From: Phoronis australis | Taxonomy: Eukaryota; Animalia; Phoronida | Length of the DNA stretch: 64,000 nucleotides | Assembly: GCA_002633005.1 (NCBI GenBank) | Contig: NMRA01000268.1 | Span: 287,982 to 351,981, forward strand | Direction of reading: 5' to 3' | In this document: positions 38,678-52,676 of the stretch, piece by piece | Layout: every line of letters begins with the position of its first letter | Numbering within the stretch: the first letter of the stretch is position 1 | Program-made: the position numbers and the translations under genes | Notes under the pieces: generated by a model | Seen by the model: only the letters and a program-made list of their open reading frames with translations | Databases searched by the model: none | What the model was told of the DNA's origin: nothing

Positions 38678-39730
38678 TTTTTATGCGCCCACATATTTAT
38701 ATGTGGACGCATTATGCCGTCATCTCTGTCCGTCCGTCCGTCCGGGCGGCGTCCGCTGCTCTATCTCCAAAACCCTTTGACATACGTTCATGAAATTTGG
38801 CACATATGTTCCATTCCTGGGACGGCATGTGCGAACTTTTGGACGGATTCGACTACTGGTGTGCCCCCTAGTGGCAATTTTAGTTTTGTACGCTTACCTT
38901 TGTATCTTCAAAAGTCCTGAACGGATTTTCATGAAATTTGGTATGTAGGCACCTATTAGTGAGATGACGCTATCTTCCCGTTTTCAGATAGATTCGACAT
39001 AGTTTGCGCCACCTAGTGAGTCTGTATTTTTGCGTCCACCCCTCTATCAATCAAACCGCTCAAAGGATGATTGTGAAAATTGCTGTGTATGTTCTTACTA
39101 TAAGGAAGACAGCTGACAATGATTTTCAGACGATTTGGACTACTGTGGCGCCTCTTAGTGGCAGTTTTGTTTTTTTTTTCGCCCAATGCTGTATCTCCCA
39201 AACCGTTTGCAGGATCTTTACTAAATTTAGCAAGTGTATTTATGTGATGTTGACAACAGACGATGACGACTTTAGGATGATTCTGACTACCGATATGCCT
39301 CTAGTGGCAATTTTAGTATTTGCCTCTAGTGGCAATTTTAGTATTTTACATTGACCTCTGTATTTTCATAGGTCTTCAGGTGTATACTTAGTGTTACTTC
39401 GTGACTATGAAGGAAAAGTTCCAAGTAGAAATTTGTTTCTGGCATTCTAATGCTGTTCTAATCTCGTATGTTGGTAAATTTGTTTTTAATTCTATGTTTC
39501 TGTAGTGCTTTAAGCAACTGGTGTATAGGATGTGCTTGTATTATGAAGATTACTCACATTTTGCCCCTAGCCTATTGAGGAGATAATGACTATGCCTTTC
39601 CATTTTGCTAAGTACAACATACTACATATATGCCCTCTACTGGCCACTTTATGGTACCACTAAACAACCCTAGAGGGATACCGTATGCGGTGCAATTGTG
39701 GGCGCATTTCAACGCTCTGCGTTGCTCTTG
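38678..39730 (+). mobile_element. HINE-like element, copy 3 (one internal unit)
   Basis: Same termini; highly similar to copy 2, including its 3' unique segment. Confidence 0.85.
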
Positions 39731-41034
39731 TCTGTGTAGTTAACATTGTTGTCTTCCATTTAGGCAGCTGATAGGCCTATTCAAATTCTTGTAGTCCCTA
39801 TACTGAGAAGTTACTTTTTCCACTAACTTCACATAAAAATCTTGAAGTTCGTAAAAAGAATTTGACCACAAACCAACCTAGTCAACACGTTTCCAAATGG
39901 TGCTATTTTGACATGTAATCAAGTGTGTACATTAATATCTCACCACATTATGGTGGATATGTGAAATTTCATAAGTTATGTACCACCAAATCCGTGCTTT
40001 TCCATGTTCAAACATTGAACCATAGCTATCATCAAACAATATTTTGAAAATTCACAGCCATTTGCAACAGTGTTAGAAGCCTTAGAAAATGAAAAAAACA
40101 GCAAATTTGGCTATTGTCCAAAATGGGTGAGATGTTATTGTATACAGAGTTGTTTTGGGAATTTTCATGATAAATTGAATTTCAGATGGTGCACTAATAA
40201 AATGGCCACCATAGTTGAATGGCATTTTAACTCAAGTTCACTTTTTAGGAATTGCTTGTAAAAATCTCAGATATGTGCATAACTGTAATAGTCAAAATCT
40301 ACCTATTTTGCTGATGGTTCTTTACCGATGAGACTCTCTTCTAAAGTATAAATAAAAGATTAGCTTTAAGGTGATGTTGGTGGCTGTCCACAAGCTTGAC
40401 ATGTATGGATGTGTTGCATTGCTCTTTCTTAAGTGTTATATTAATTGTTAAACATTTGATATATTTGTTCTCCATGATCATGCTTTAATAAATAATTTTT
40501 CATTGTAAGGTTTTATTATGACTTTAATTTTCTCATGTACTGCTAGTCCAATATTGCCACAAGTTTTGCTGCCTTCACCAGTGGTCACGTGCAGAGGAAT
40601 TCCCAGAATTACGTGACCACATTGCAAATGAATTGGTTCAAGTCTCGCACATATCTTTCAGTCAATTGTGCGAGGCTCGATTTTGGCAAAAATGGGTATT
40701 CACACAGTCCGTAAGTACTTTAAAGTGTAAATTGTAAGGTCCTAACACGCAAGCTATTGTTGTTCTGTTGTACCGTGTTCTAATAAACATGTTATTTAGT
40801 CTATTTTTTCAAAAGCGTAAAACTAAAAAATCCGCAAAAAATTCCCTTTGGCCTCTTGACGTGGTGTGCGGGAACAAAAAATGTTACCCTAATGCAAAAT
40901 AGCACTCCATAACAATACTGTTCAACAGCTGATTCGAAGAAGAGAAGACAACCTATTCTGTAGGATGTTATCAGACAAGTAGAATCGGCAGTCTGGAAAA
41001 GTCATGAATGGGAGAGAGCTCCAATTACGCCATT

Positions 41035-41192
41035 TGTGACCACTGTGTACCAGCACGACACCATGTCACAAATGTGATCACTGTGTACCAGCACGACACC
41101 ATGTCACAAATGTGATCACTGTGTACCAGCACGACACCATGTCACAAATGTGATCACTGTGTACCAGCACGACACCATGTCACAAATGTGAT
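41035..41192. repeat. 38-bp tandem repeat, about 4 copies
   Basis: tgtgatcactgtgtaccagcacgacaccatgtcacaaa repeated almost perfectly. Confidence 0.92.
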
Positions 41193-44100
41193 TCGCAAGA
41201 TGTCGCTTTCAATAATCGTTACAACAAGCGTGTTACAACACCTCAAACAATCAAACAACTTCATTCAGAGACGTACACATCTCTTTGTAGTCACAATATC
41301 AAAATAAAAAATTTATTCAAACATTCTGACACCATGTTTGTCCATGTGGGCCGTTTGCTTGCAAGTTACACTGTAATCACATCGTATATTGACTTGTTGA
41401 TAGAAGTTTGAGACAGGTATCTTTTACAAACAGTGTATATTTCTGTTAATACCGATACATAAACACAGTCACAAGGCAAGCTTAACATCTAGGTTAAAAG
41501 CAACAGACATTTAATTAAAAAATGGCAGTAGATACACAAAGCGTAAATATTTTGCAAATGACACCTGTTGAATCGAAATCATTTTATGTAACTTTCGTAA
41601 TTATTAACAATAAATGGAATGTTAAATTAATTACAAAGATTCAAAAAGGATATATGAATTTACTAAGACGGAATGTATCAATCTACAATTGTCTTGTAAA
41701 ATGGAATGTCTCATTGTTTCTACAAAATTGCTCTGCACAAATAGCAATTGTAAATAAGAAAATTGTCAATAAAACTTCAGATGTCTTCAGAAATGTGCTC
41801 ATGTGACAGAGACTAGTACATAGGAGACTATATCATTAAGAAAATTAACTACAATTTACAAAACACAGTATGAGTACAGGGCTGCCCTCTGAAGACCCGA
41901 GACTAACCATGCACATATGGCAAGAAAGATTTGATATATGGGGCACAACGGAAACTGAATTATATCCCATAAATCAACGTTTCAACATCACCGATCTATA
42001 ACTTTGGTGACTACCATTTCGCTAGGTTTTTATCAAATTCACAATGAACCATATAACTTTCACCTGCATGATTTTGTGTGATCACTCTTATCTCGCAAGA
42101 AACTTAAGCTACAGTATGCACATCAGGTCACTACAGTTTCTGTTAGATCTCTTGACCCAAGGTAAAAGGTTCCATATAAATCTACAAGAGCATTTACAAG
42201 AGGGTTCATGTATTTTTGGATAACACGTTAATGATTACTAATGACTCGCAACCAGTGACATGGATACCAAACCCCTAACTCAAAAGTATCATACCCCTGG
42301 CTCGCTCACATGCGACTGCATACCACTGCATCAATAGAAAATGACTCTTGGCTTAAGGGTACTAAATCTCAGGCATTATACACCTCACTAAAGAGTATCA
42401 GACCTCTACATCAAGGGTATGTGCCAACTAGATCAAGGTTACATGACCTCTGGCACGAGTGTACACCTCCAGGCACACAGCATTACATTAAGACACTATA
42501 CAACATAACACAAGATAACAGTGACCCTTGTATCAGGGGTACATTCCCTCAGGCCCAATAGTACAAGGCCCTAATCACAGCAGAGCACTAACCGAATGAT
42601 ACTGAACCTGCCACATTGTATACACTCACATTAGACCGTGTTCCATCAATTCTAACTCTCATCGACCAAACACATCATCTTCAGGTACGTAGTTGAGATT
42701 TATTTTTATACAACGTTGAGAGCATCACCATAACAACTTAAGTTTGAGCTAACAAAAGTTATCGTTTATTTCAAACTTACTATCTTTTGATATATGCTGA
42801 CATGTCTTCAGCCAGGAATAAAAAATCAACATGGGATTGTATAAAATAACCTTGATGAATGCGATGCATTTTTCTTAAAAAATACTCAGAACTAAGTTGA
42901 TGAACAGGGCATACTAAAATTCCACAAACTAACTAAAGCGTGCTTACCACACTAAATAATTGCAGTGAGCACCTCTATATATTGCTATTATAAAGTAAAA
43001 CAAAGCAAGCTATTCAAACTGACATTTTAATTCAGACATCCCTAAGGACCAGAAGCTGCAATGTTTGTTTAAAACATATCAATGTTGACATTTGTCTAAA
43101 TCATCTAAGAATCAATAAATTATTCCCATGATAAATAAATTAACTCAGACCATAGCACCAGTGAATTTCACAAACCTACAAGAACAAATGACAATCATTT
43201 GCACAACTTGTCAGTTGTGATCATAGTTCTCAATAACTAACAAAAATCAAGTCTTCAGGGAAGTAGGCTTTTTCAAATGAGGATTTTCATCAAGTTGGAA
43301 ATATCAAGTAAAGTTAAGATACCAACCAGTAAAACTCTAGCTGTACTTTTACAGGGTGGCAAGTCTTTCTTCCTCATATACATTTCCATAGCGTACTTTT
43401 GTCATGAATATCATTCATTTCTCAAGAACACTGTTAGCCTTCTCAAGCATCGCAGTTCTCATTTTGTGCACACATTTTAACCCGTAAAGCAGTTCTTTTC
43501 TAAAGAACAAAGCTCTGCTATAGAGTGCAAAAACCACTTTCCAAGAAAGAACTGGGGAGAGTGAGAAATTTGTGTCGAGCAAATTCGTGAGGAATAGTGA
43601 ATGAAAGGAACCTAGTTATCACATATAGCAGCCAGCTGGTGAACAATGCGAGTAAAAAATGGCAATTTTAGCGAAGCTCGCTCTTTCAATTCGCCACAAT
43701 TCTATTTTGCAGTTTTCGCTACAAAAAGTACAACGAAATATAGCATGTTCAACTGTGCATAAGTCTTTGCAACACCAGCATTCAATTAACACCTACCTTG
43801 TCCATTTAAATAACACCTACCTTGTCCATTCCGACTGCAAAAATGTATAAATACAATCTGAGCGTCATTTTCTTACAACACTCTCCTGCTTTTGTAAAAA
43901 AGAATGCCATACGTTTATTTCAAAACAGTAAGCTGACACTCACATGTGCCATTTGCTCAACTTTTGGTTTAGTAAAGTGTCATTCCTTGAGAGATGGTAA
44001 TCCCTTCACCAAAGCAAACTTTCAGTTGCTGGTAATGAAATACTCAAAACAACTAACGGAATGTAATTACCTCTGGCAATTAGTTGTGAACTTGTGAAAA

Positions 44101-44767
44101 AAAAGCATTGGATTGCAGAATCAGAGAAAAAAGAAATTACCCAACAGATGGGGCTCCATTTCATGACTGCTCCATAAATTTCACTTCAAAATACCGAACT
44201 AACTGCATTATTTTTGTGCCGCTAACCACCTTAGTTTACTCAAGAGAGTCTGCAGTTTTTAATGACAATTTTAACTTGGATTTAGTTTTGCTCACTTTTT
44301 ACCCAGATCGTTCCGAAGCTGTACAATAATACTGCTCTGCACCAAGGCTACGCTCACAGGAGAATCTAATTGATATTATGCTGATAACCAGGTTTTAAAT
44401 TAACACAAAATCAGCCATTTGTGACTCCCATTGCCTGTTATAAATTGAACATTTTAGACTGATTACGTATCATCATTTTGAATGCATCATTTGATTTGGT
44501 AGGTTAAGTTTAGCTGCTGTCATATATGCACATCAAACTTGGGTGACTAGTGTTGTTTCTTAATCAGTAGCATTAATTGCTGCACAAACTACATACCCTA
44601 TCTAATATTATCTAGCATTGTTTGAGAAACAAAAACATTTCTTTCATATTTTTGCTGATATACAAAACTTCACAACAGTAATTACTAAACCATCAATACA
44701 GTACAATTATCATGACTATGATATACGATAACGTAGGACAGGTTGGCGACAAGAGAACTAAGCCAGC

Positions 44768-45036
44768 CTAGTACATCATGATGCCGTCAATATTTTTATC
44801 AGTCATGGATGCCTTATAACTAACAGGACGGAAACGAGTGCCGGCCAACATGACAAAGATGATATTGATTGCAAAGCAGCCACTGGCTCCCACTACTAGC
44901 CAGAAAGAATAGCCGAAGTAAGTGCGACCATCCGACGTCCAAGAATCCTTTTGTTCATCCTCGGTCAGAACATTGGTTTTTAAGTCCACGTAGTACAGTA
45001 CAGTGAACATAATGACAGAGAGAAGCGTGAACAGGC
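44768..45036 (-). CDS. CLRN: Clarin terminal exon; spliced CDS about 810 nt, 269 aa
   Basis: TM3, FGYSFWLV motif, TM4 and C-terminal DGIMMY-stop typical of clarins; catttcag acceptor in phase 1. Confidence 0.92.
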
Positions 45037-45431
45037 CTGAAATGACAGGTTAGTAAACAATCAAAAATCAATTTCATAAGACTTTCTAGTTTCAGAAAAT
45101 ATGTACTTCTATGGAGCTAAAATCTATAGTTTTAAAGATATGTTGCTGAATACGCAGACTAGTCAGTATGCCCTACATAAACCTATGCCACAGACATAAA
45201 CAAGGTCACCGTAAAAAATTCAACAACTTCGAATTAAAATAAGTTTGCAAATGAAAACCAGCAGTAGAAGCAATCAGTGAGATCTCCACCATGCATAGAA
45301 TAGTCATCGAACATTAGTAAGGTTCATTAGCTCAGCAGCTTTTTTAGATGTTTCTAAAAATGGTATCATTCATGACTTTATCAACTGCAAATACTTGAGT
45401 TATCCTGCCTGTAAGATAACTGAAAATGTAA

Positions 45432-45920
45432 TACCCCCCGTCACACCAGAGGCGCGGTGCCCCTACGGTTTTTGGTCAAAACTGCCATCACCATAGTGAC
45501 ACCACCAGTAGTGTTTCATAGTTTTCCTCTACCTGTCACACATGTGTTTTTCTTCGCGCCACGGGATCACCATAGGGTCGCCAGTCTATGTTTTCAGAGA
45601 TTGCACGGCGGTTGTACTGCGGAAGCACGGCGGTGATGGAGGTGCTACTGCAATCCTTGTACAGCGCCATGGCAGTCATGAAGGTGTCGTGGCGAACCCA
45701 CTGCGGATTGGCTCAACCCGTGGTGGCACTGCGAAAGTTTTAAACATGTTCAAAGTTTCCGCGTGCCACCGCGAAGGTCCGCGGTTTCTACAAATTTTCC
45801 GCGGTGCTAAAGCGATCAATGACGCAACCACTGTGGAACCATGGCGATCGTGGCGGTGCCAGTGTGGTTTATGCTGTACAAGCACCGCAGTGGCACCGCA
45901 CCTACGGTGTGACGGGGGTA
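45432..45920. mobile_element. Harbinger/PIF-like MITE
   Basis: TIR TACCCCC(C)GTCACACC, 3-bp TSD TAA on both sides, GC-rich interior. Confidence 0.78.
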
Positions 45921-45957
45921 TAAATAATAAGTCCAGTCTATTAAAAGTAATTAAACA

Positions 45958-47200
45958 CAAGAGCAACGCGGAGCGTTAAAATGCACATACGAATGCATCG
46001 CAAATGGTGTGCTTTTAGAGTACAGTATTTATTTGTATCATAAAAATGGCCACTAGATGATGCAAAAACGTACAATCAATCCAAAAACGGGAACATGCCA
46101 TATTTCATAAAAATCTGTCAAGGAACTTCAGAGAAACAAAGGAAAACAGAGAACAAAATGAAATTGCCATTTGTGGGCACAGCGTCCGTTCCATCCGCCT
46201 GAAAGTCGTTGTCTGTTATTTTCATATAAATTCACTTACTAAATTTAATAAAGATCCTGCAGTGGGTTTTGGAGATACAGCTATAGGCACAAAATAAAAT
46301 AAAACAAAACTACCATTAGGAGGCGCCACAGTAGTCAGTCACCATCATCAAACATCCTCTTCACACTGAAAACATATATGCCAATTTTCAAAACCATCCC
46401 TAGAATGATTTGGTTGATCGAGGAGTGGACGTCAAGAACAAGATTTGAAAACACCAAAAATGGCCACCAGGTGGCGCAAAATACTGCGATTCCATCCAAA
46501 AACAGGATGATAGTGTCACCTCACCAATAGATGCCTAAATTCAAAATTTTATGAAAATCTGTTGAGGACCTTTGAAGATACAGACTGGTAAACTTAAAAA
46601 ACTAAAATTGCCACTAGGGGGCACACCAGTAGTCAGATCCATCTGAAAGTCGTCGTCGTCGTTCATTGTCATCATCGTATAAATACACTTACTAAATTTA
46701 GTCAAGATCCTGCGAACGGTTTAGGGGATATAGCCATAGGCGCAAAAATCCAAAAAACTGCCACTAGGAGGTGTCACAGTAGTCAAAGTCGTCGGAAAAT
46801 CATCGTCATCCATCCAGTTCATAGGAAGAACATACAAGCCAATTTTCACAATCATCCTTTGAGCAGTTTGGTTCGGGGTGGACTCGAAAACAGAGAAAAT
46901 GGCGTCAAATCCATCTGAAAACCGGAGGATAGCACCATCTCACTAATAGGTGCCTATATACCAAATTTTATGAAAATCCGTTCTGGACTTTTGAAGATAC
47001 AGAGGTAAACGTAAGAAACTAAAATTGCCACTATGGGGTACACCGGTAGTCGGATCCGTCCAAAAGTTCACGCATGTCGTCCCATCCACAGAAGGAACAC
47101 GTATGCAAAATTTCAATAACATACATTACGACGTTTTGGAAATAGAGCAGCAGACGCCAGACGGACGGAGATGACGGCATAATATGTGGACGCATAAAAA
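45958..47200 (-). mobile_element. HINE-like element, copy 4 (inverted, in a clarin intron)
   Basis: Reverse-complement match to copy 1 termini and internal repeats. Confidence 0.82.
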
Positions 47201-47330
47201 TGCTCAAGCTACTCGTGGTGACTAGTTCATGCCTTGCACAGGTTTGAATTCAACAAAGATAATGTAGGCAATAACAACAACAAATAGCAAGATGTGTGCC
47301 CTTAATTAGCCAGACTATGAAGATACTTAC

Positions 47331-47525
47331 AAGCTAGGGTATTCCACACGTATAACCCTGTGGGGCCTGTAATAGTCTCAATTGGACGCGTTGCCAGGTT
47401 GATGATTGCCAAGAATGAGCCAACCAAACCCCATACTATACCAAGGGCAGCGAACACAATGGTGCATACCCATAGCCCAAAGTTCAACAGACCAACATTT
47501 GAAGCAGCCGTGGCCTGGTCCTCGA
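47331..47525 (-). CDS. CLRN: Clarin exon 3 (TM2 and loop)
   Basis: GLLNFGLWVCTIVFAALGIVWGLVGSFLAIINLATRPIETITGPTGLYVWN, containing the clarin P.ETi.GP.GLY.WN motif; catttcag acceptor, T|gtaagt donor. Confidence 0.92.
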
Positions 47526-49075
47526 CTGAAATGAGACGTATGAAACAGTGAGATGAGGTATCGGGTACAGATGACTGGTGTGTGGACCAAGCAAGCCCCG
47601 GCAGAGTGAAGGGTGCAAGTCGCGATCTAAGGCAGCAACGAGGATAGCCATGGACCTGGAACACATAGAGATGCACACTGGCACTATACATACAAGCAAC
47701 AGAAATGAGGATAGCCTGGAACCAAGTAATGCACTGGTACTATACACACAGGCTGTAGATAAAGATGGGTAGAACAGACAGTGGTGTGCAATCAGTGATG
47801 GAAGACAGTGTGTGTGGAGTGAATGTGAATAGTATTTAACACACGTCTTGCTTTCCATATCTCTGCTAATTGACTGTTAGCACATAGACCACCAACTTAC
47901 ACAAAGCTGCGATGTCTGTTACTCCTTAGAGGTGGTGCCTGTTGAATTAACCCATCTTACTTCTGGTGTTTACGTCTACTGACTATGGTTTGTGCTGTTA
48001 GAGCTTGAATTTTGCACTTCCTGAATTAATGTCGAAATTACTCATGACACCAAGAATTCTACTACTGAAAGATGGTTGAATGGCCTTTCAAGGCCGAAAT
48101 GCTTTCTTTCATATTGCTCGGAAGTACAATAGGTACCAGAATTTCTTGTCCCAATACAGTAACGAAAAGCTAAGATTAGCACTTCCACGCGAAATTTATG
48201 AGAAAATATCAGAGCTCCAAAGCCTTGATCTATGATGTAGTGAAGCCCAGCACAGAGCCATGTTTAAAAATTTTTAGCCATGTTTGAAGTGCCATGGCTT
48301 TTCAGCTCTACATTACATTTTAGTGCGTTTCAAGTAGAATGGATCCGTCATGAACCAAATAAAAATCACACTAATGCGAAATCACACATTCCTTCAAGGT
48401 ATCTGGTTAGTTTGGAATACTAATAGCCAACTCTAAGCTTGAGCTTGGCCAGCAGTTGTGGAGTTGGATAGATGTTCAATAGAGTACTGGTTCAAAGGTT
48501 TCAGCTAAAGAAGCCACTGTGTTAATATAGCACAAGGCTAAAGAGCAGCATGGAAGTTGAGTGCCATTGACTAAGACAGGAAAGGATATTGAGTCGTCAG
48601 TCTACCAACAGGTGGCACACAAAGTGGAAGGTACCAGTACAAGAGAGAAGAGTAATATTCAACACAGATAAAAAAGTCTACGTTAAACAAGTTGTTAGGT
48701 AAGTTATAGGTAATAAGATTGAGTGAAAAATGCAGTTAACCTCGAACGTAATAAAAATGTTTCTCCACAATTCAATCACGCCAAACCAAATGCAATAGAA
48801 AAAGCTCTCACTGGTAGATCACGTTAATAAGAGAACAAAGAAACAAAGGCAATACAAACAGATAGAACAAAATTAATTTTAATACAGATAAATGCAGTAG
48901 TTAAAAGTCATACCAGAAAGTAAAAGAAAATCCCAGGACAAACTATCCCTTAAAATTTAGAAACTAAATGTATAGGATTCAAATGTCAGAAAAGTACAGA
49001 AAACAAAAGAATCGTATTAGTTTTGTTCTGCAGCTTAACAGGCAAGTTTGTCCATAGGATTAGGTTGTTAGAAAC

Positions 49076-49186
49076 CTGAGCTGTTTGCTTCCAAAGTATT
49101 AAGGATGCCTTCCAATTCCTTTATACGCTCATCTTCTGAGGTCAGCCCACTCCAGCCACACAGATTGTTGCCAGCATCACAAACAA
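49076..49186 (-). CDS. CLRN: Clarin exon 2, symmetric 111-nt exon in extracellular loop 1 (possible cassette)
   Basis: VCDAGNNLCGWSGLTSEDERIKELEGILNTLEANSS; acceptor ttctcaaacag, weak donor G|gtttct; phase 1-1 fits both neighbours. Confidence 0.65.
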
Positions 49187-50219
49187 CTGTTTGAGAATAA
49201 AACAGAACAGGCATGCAAACAGTGATGAGAAATGAGTGAAACAGTAAAAAACTAAACTCAATGACATACAGAAACAGAACTGTGGAACGTGCATTGAGGA
49301 AAACGAGGTACATTGAGACATTAAGACAAATTTTTCGACCAGGGCACACCAGTGTTGAACAGTTCATACTCGTTGCATGTTTTTGATTTACTGAAACAAT
49401 AAATATATAAAGCATGCTAAAAGCAGCTATAAACCTATCTTCCATCATAGAAATCAACCTTTGATTTAGATCCCTTGCTGTTATGAAATTGGTCTCAAAA
49501 TAGTTCCTTAGTCAAATTTGAGGTGATTTCAAGACATCATAAGAAATGACACTTTGCTATGCTCTGAAAATAAGCTCAGCAATTTGGCTTGTCATTGCGT
49601 GTCATAGTATGAGCAAGTATGGTCACAAAAAGTAAAGAATTGTCAGTTCTTTGCAAACACAGATGTCACTCATCATCCGAGTAAGAAACAAACTGAAATC
49701 ACCTTTACAGCAGATAGTGGTGGTCTATATCAAAGGTTCTTGGACAGATCTAAAGCTGCTTTGATACCTTTTTTTAATTTGACAAATTAACAGGAAATTT
49801 GGCTTGTTATGTCTTAGACTGGTGCAGAGTATATTCAGTCAGAGAATTTTTGAGGCTCCATAGGGTGGCATCATGCTGCTTTAATGATTTTGAAGTTGTA
49901 TTTTTGTGGTGCAGTTCATAACAAAAACAGCAGATTCTTGTTCTACGCTTACTTTTATACAGAATTTTACAACAATCTCCTCATTACAATTTTTGACATC
50001 TCAATGCACCCAACTTTCATGTACTCCATGTTACAGCATGTGGTCTGTGCCCACAGAGAATGAAAAGAAACAATTGACAGGAACTCAACTACAACAGGAT
50101 TGTTCCCAATTGTCCAGACAGTTTTGATACAAGGTATATATTTCTCTGCAAGATTCAAACACAACATAACAGAAAAGGAGAAACTTTGCTCAAACTTGAT
50201 CAATAAAGACATTATATAC

Positions 50220-50388
50220 GGTACTAGTACATATATACAAAAATTATATACTAGTACATATATACATACTAGTACATATATACATATAAACTAGTACATA
50301 CATACATATATACTAGTACATACATACATATATACTAGTACATATATACATATATACTAGTACATACATACATATATACTAGTACATC
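50220..50388. repeat. Low-complexity tandem repeat, about 18-22-bp unit (tactagtacatatatacata)
   Basis: Directly visible repeated units. Confidence 0.88.
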
Positions 50389-52332
50389 AGGAAACAACAC
50401 ATACACATCATTAATTTGAGCACTAGCAGAAAAAATGAAAGAAGTGACAAGAAGATTTAAGTGTAGAGTGGCATCCATGAAAGCATGATTTTAACCATGA
50501 GTTGAAATTAGGCATACATGCTGTTATTGGCTTTGAAATTGAGAATCTAGCACTCAATAGAACTAAAAATAAAGTTATGTTGAGCACTGTTAACATAATA
50601 TGACTATTACCTTGAGACACCCCATTTCAGTCAACGGCGAGTGTCGAATGGTCTAATTTATTTTGTTTCAAAATAAGACAAGTTAACACTTCTTATTTTT
50701 CTATGTTTGTACTTTGGAGGAAATGGAGCTCATAGAGATTAGCTTTGGGAAATAATAAACCACTTCATTCTTGTTTTATCTCACTTTAAGTAGGCAATTT
50801 TTGCTCGGCCAAAGCAGCGCTCAATATAAGTTTAAGCATATGTAAGTTTATCGATTCTGGCTTTCGCAGTCATGCTGTGAAAGTATGGCATGCTGTTACA
50901 CTGAAACTGACCATTTAGATTATGGTAAAAGTACTTCAGTTCGGGACACAATATAGCAGACAAGTGAAATTTCATTTTGCGGTATCACAGTTCTCAAACA
51001 GACTATCATCAAGTTTTCCGGATATTATATTTTAGCTTGGCTACTGCAGCTTAATTTCCACAGTATAACTATCACAAATGACATCTGGTACTCACAACAA
51101 TGTAGTGAACCACTGAAAAATACAGAGACCACAATTTATTAGCAATTATTTGTGTTCAAAACTGAAAAAATTAAAATGCGGAAGATTTCGCAGACCTAGG
51201 TATAAATTCTAAAAGTGGACAAGAGAAAATAAACCAGAGGATTGCCAGAACAATGATTATTTGAGAAAAGAATTGTTTGCAATGATTCTGAAAAGCAAAA
51301 TTAGTCAATTTACGGTACATGAAAAATCCAAAAATATTTAGTGTTTTGGTAAAATGCCTATTACCTTGGAAATCAGTTTCAAATGGCATTTGTCGAATAT
51401 TTGATTTAATTTTGAGCCATCAGCGTAACAAAATCAAGTTACTTAATTAATAAGGACAGTTAACACTGACTTCTTGTTTTTCATGAATACTGANTGTACT
51501 TTGGAGGAAATGGAGCTCATAGAGATTAGCTTTGGGAAATAATAAACCACTTCATTCTTATTTTATCTCACTTTAAGTTGGCAATTTTTGCTCGGCCAAA
51601 GCAGCGCTCAATATAAGTTTAAGCATTGTAAGTTTATCGATTCTGGCTTTCGCAGTCATGCTGTGAAAGTATGGCATGCTGTTACACTGAAACTGACCAT
51701 TTAGAATACGGTAAAAGTACTTCAGTTCGGGACACAACATAGCAGACAAGTGAAATTTCATTTTGCGGTATCACAGTTCTCAAACAGACTATCATCAAGT
51801 TTTCAGGATATTATATTTTAGCTTGGCTACTGCAGCTTAATTTCCACAGTATAACTATCACAAATGACATCTGGTACTCACAACAATGTAGTGAACCACT
51901 GAAAAATACAGAGACCACAATTTATTAGCAATTATTTGTGTTCAAAACTGAAAAAAATTAAAATACGGAAGATTTCGCAGACCCAGGTATAAATTCTAAA
52001 AGTGGACAAGAGAAAATAAACCAGAGGATTGCCAGAACAATGATTATTTGAGAAAAGAATTGTTTGCGATGATTCTGAAAAGCAAAATTAGTCAATTTAC
52101 GTACATGAAAAATCCAAAAATATTTAGTGTTTTGGTAAAATGCCTATTATCTTGGAAATCAGTTTCAAATGGCATCTGTCGAATATTTGATTTAATTTTG
52201 AGCCATCAGCGTAACAAAATCAAGTTACTTAATAATGACAGTTAACACTGACTTCTTGTTTTTCATGAATACTGAGCTTGAAATGGAGCTCAATTAGTTT
52301 CAGGTATGTTTGGCCTTATCAATCACTTTTAA

Positions 52333-52676
52333 AAGGACATGCAATAATCAGGTTAACGACCAAAAAAGATTTCGGGATTATTGTTGGATGGGATGGACTT
52401 CTTTAAGTTATTAGTCATAACCAGAGCTACAAAACCAAAAAATTCACGTTTTTTGTGTTTTTATAACAAATGCCCGGTTCTCACCGATGTCTGCCAGACA
52501 ATCACTGAAATCAAGGTGGTGACTTTATCAATTGAATATGTTTAAAATACTCTACCATTTATCGAGTGAGGTTTAGTTCCACCAACTTAGCCGAAAACCG
52601 ACTGTCGGAGTTGCAGGTTCCATTCCACATTGACGCTGACCTCAGAAATATCAATTTTCTCACTAATAATGTCCCT
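52333..52676. mobile_element. Possible Kolobok-type MITE
   Basis: TTAA-AAGGACAT ... ATGTCCCT-TTAA termini. Confidence 0.45.

Noticed and set aside
45542-45979. 145-aa ORF in a clarin intron
   Set aside because: Lies within a GC-rich MITE and shows no transposase motifs.
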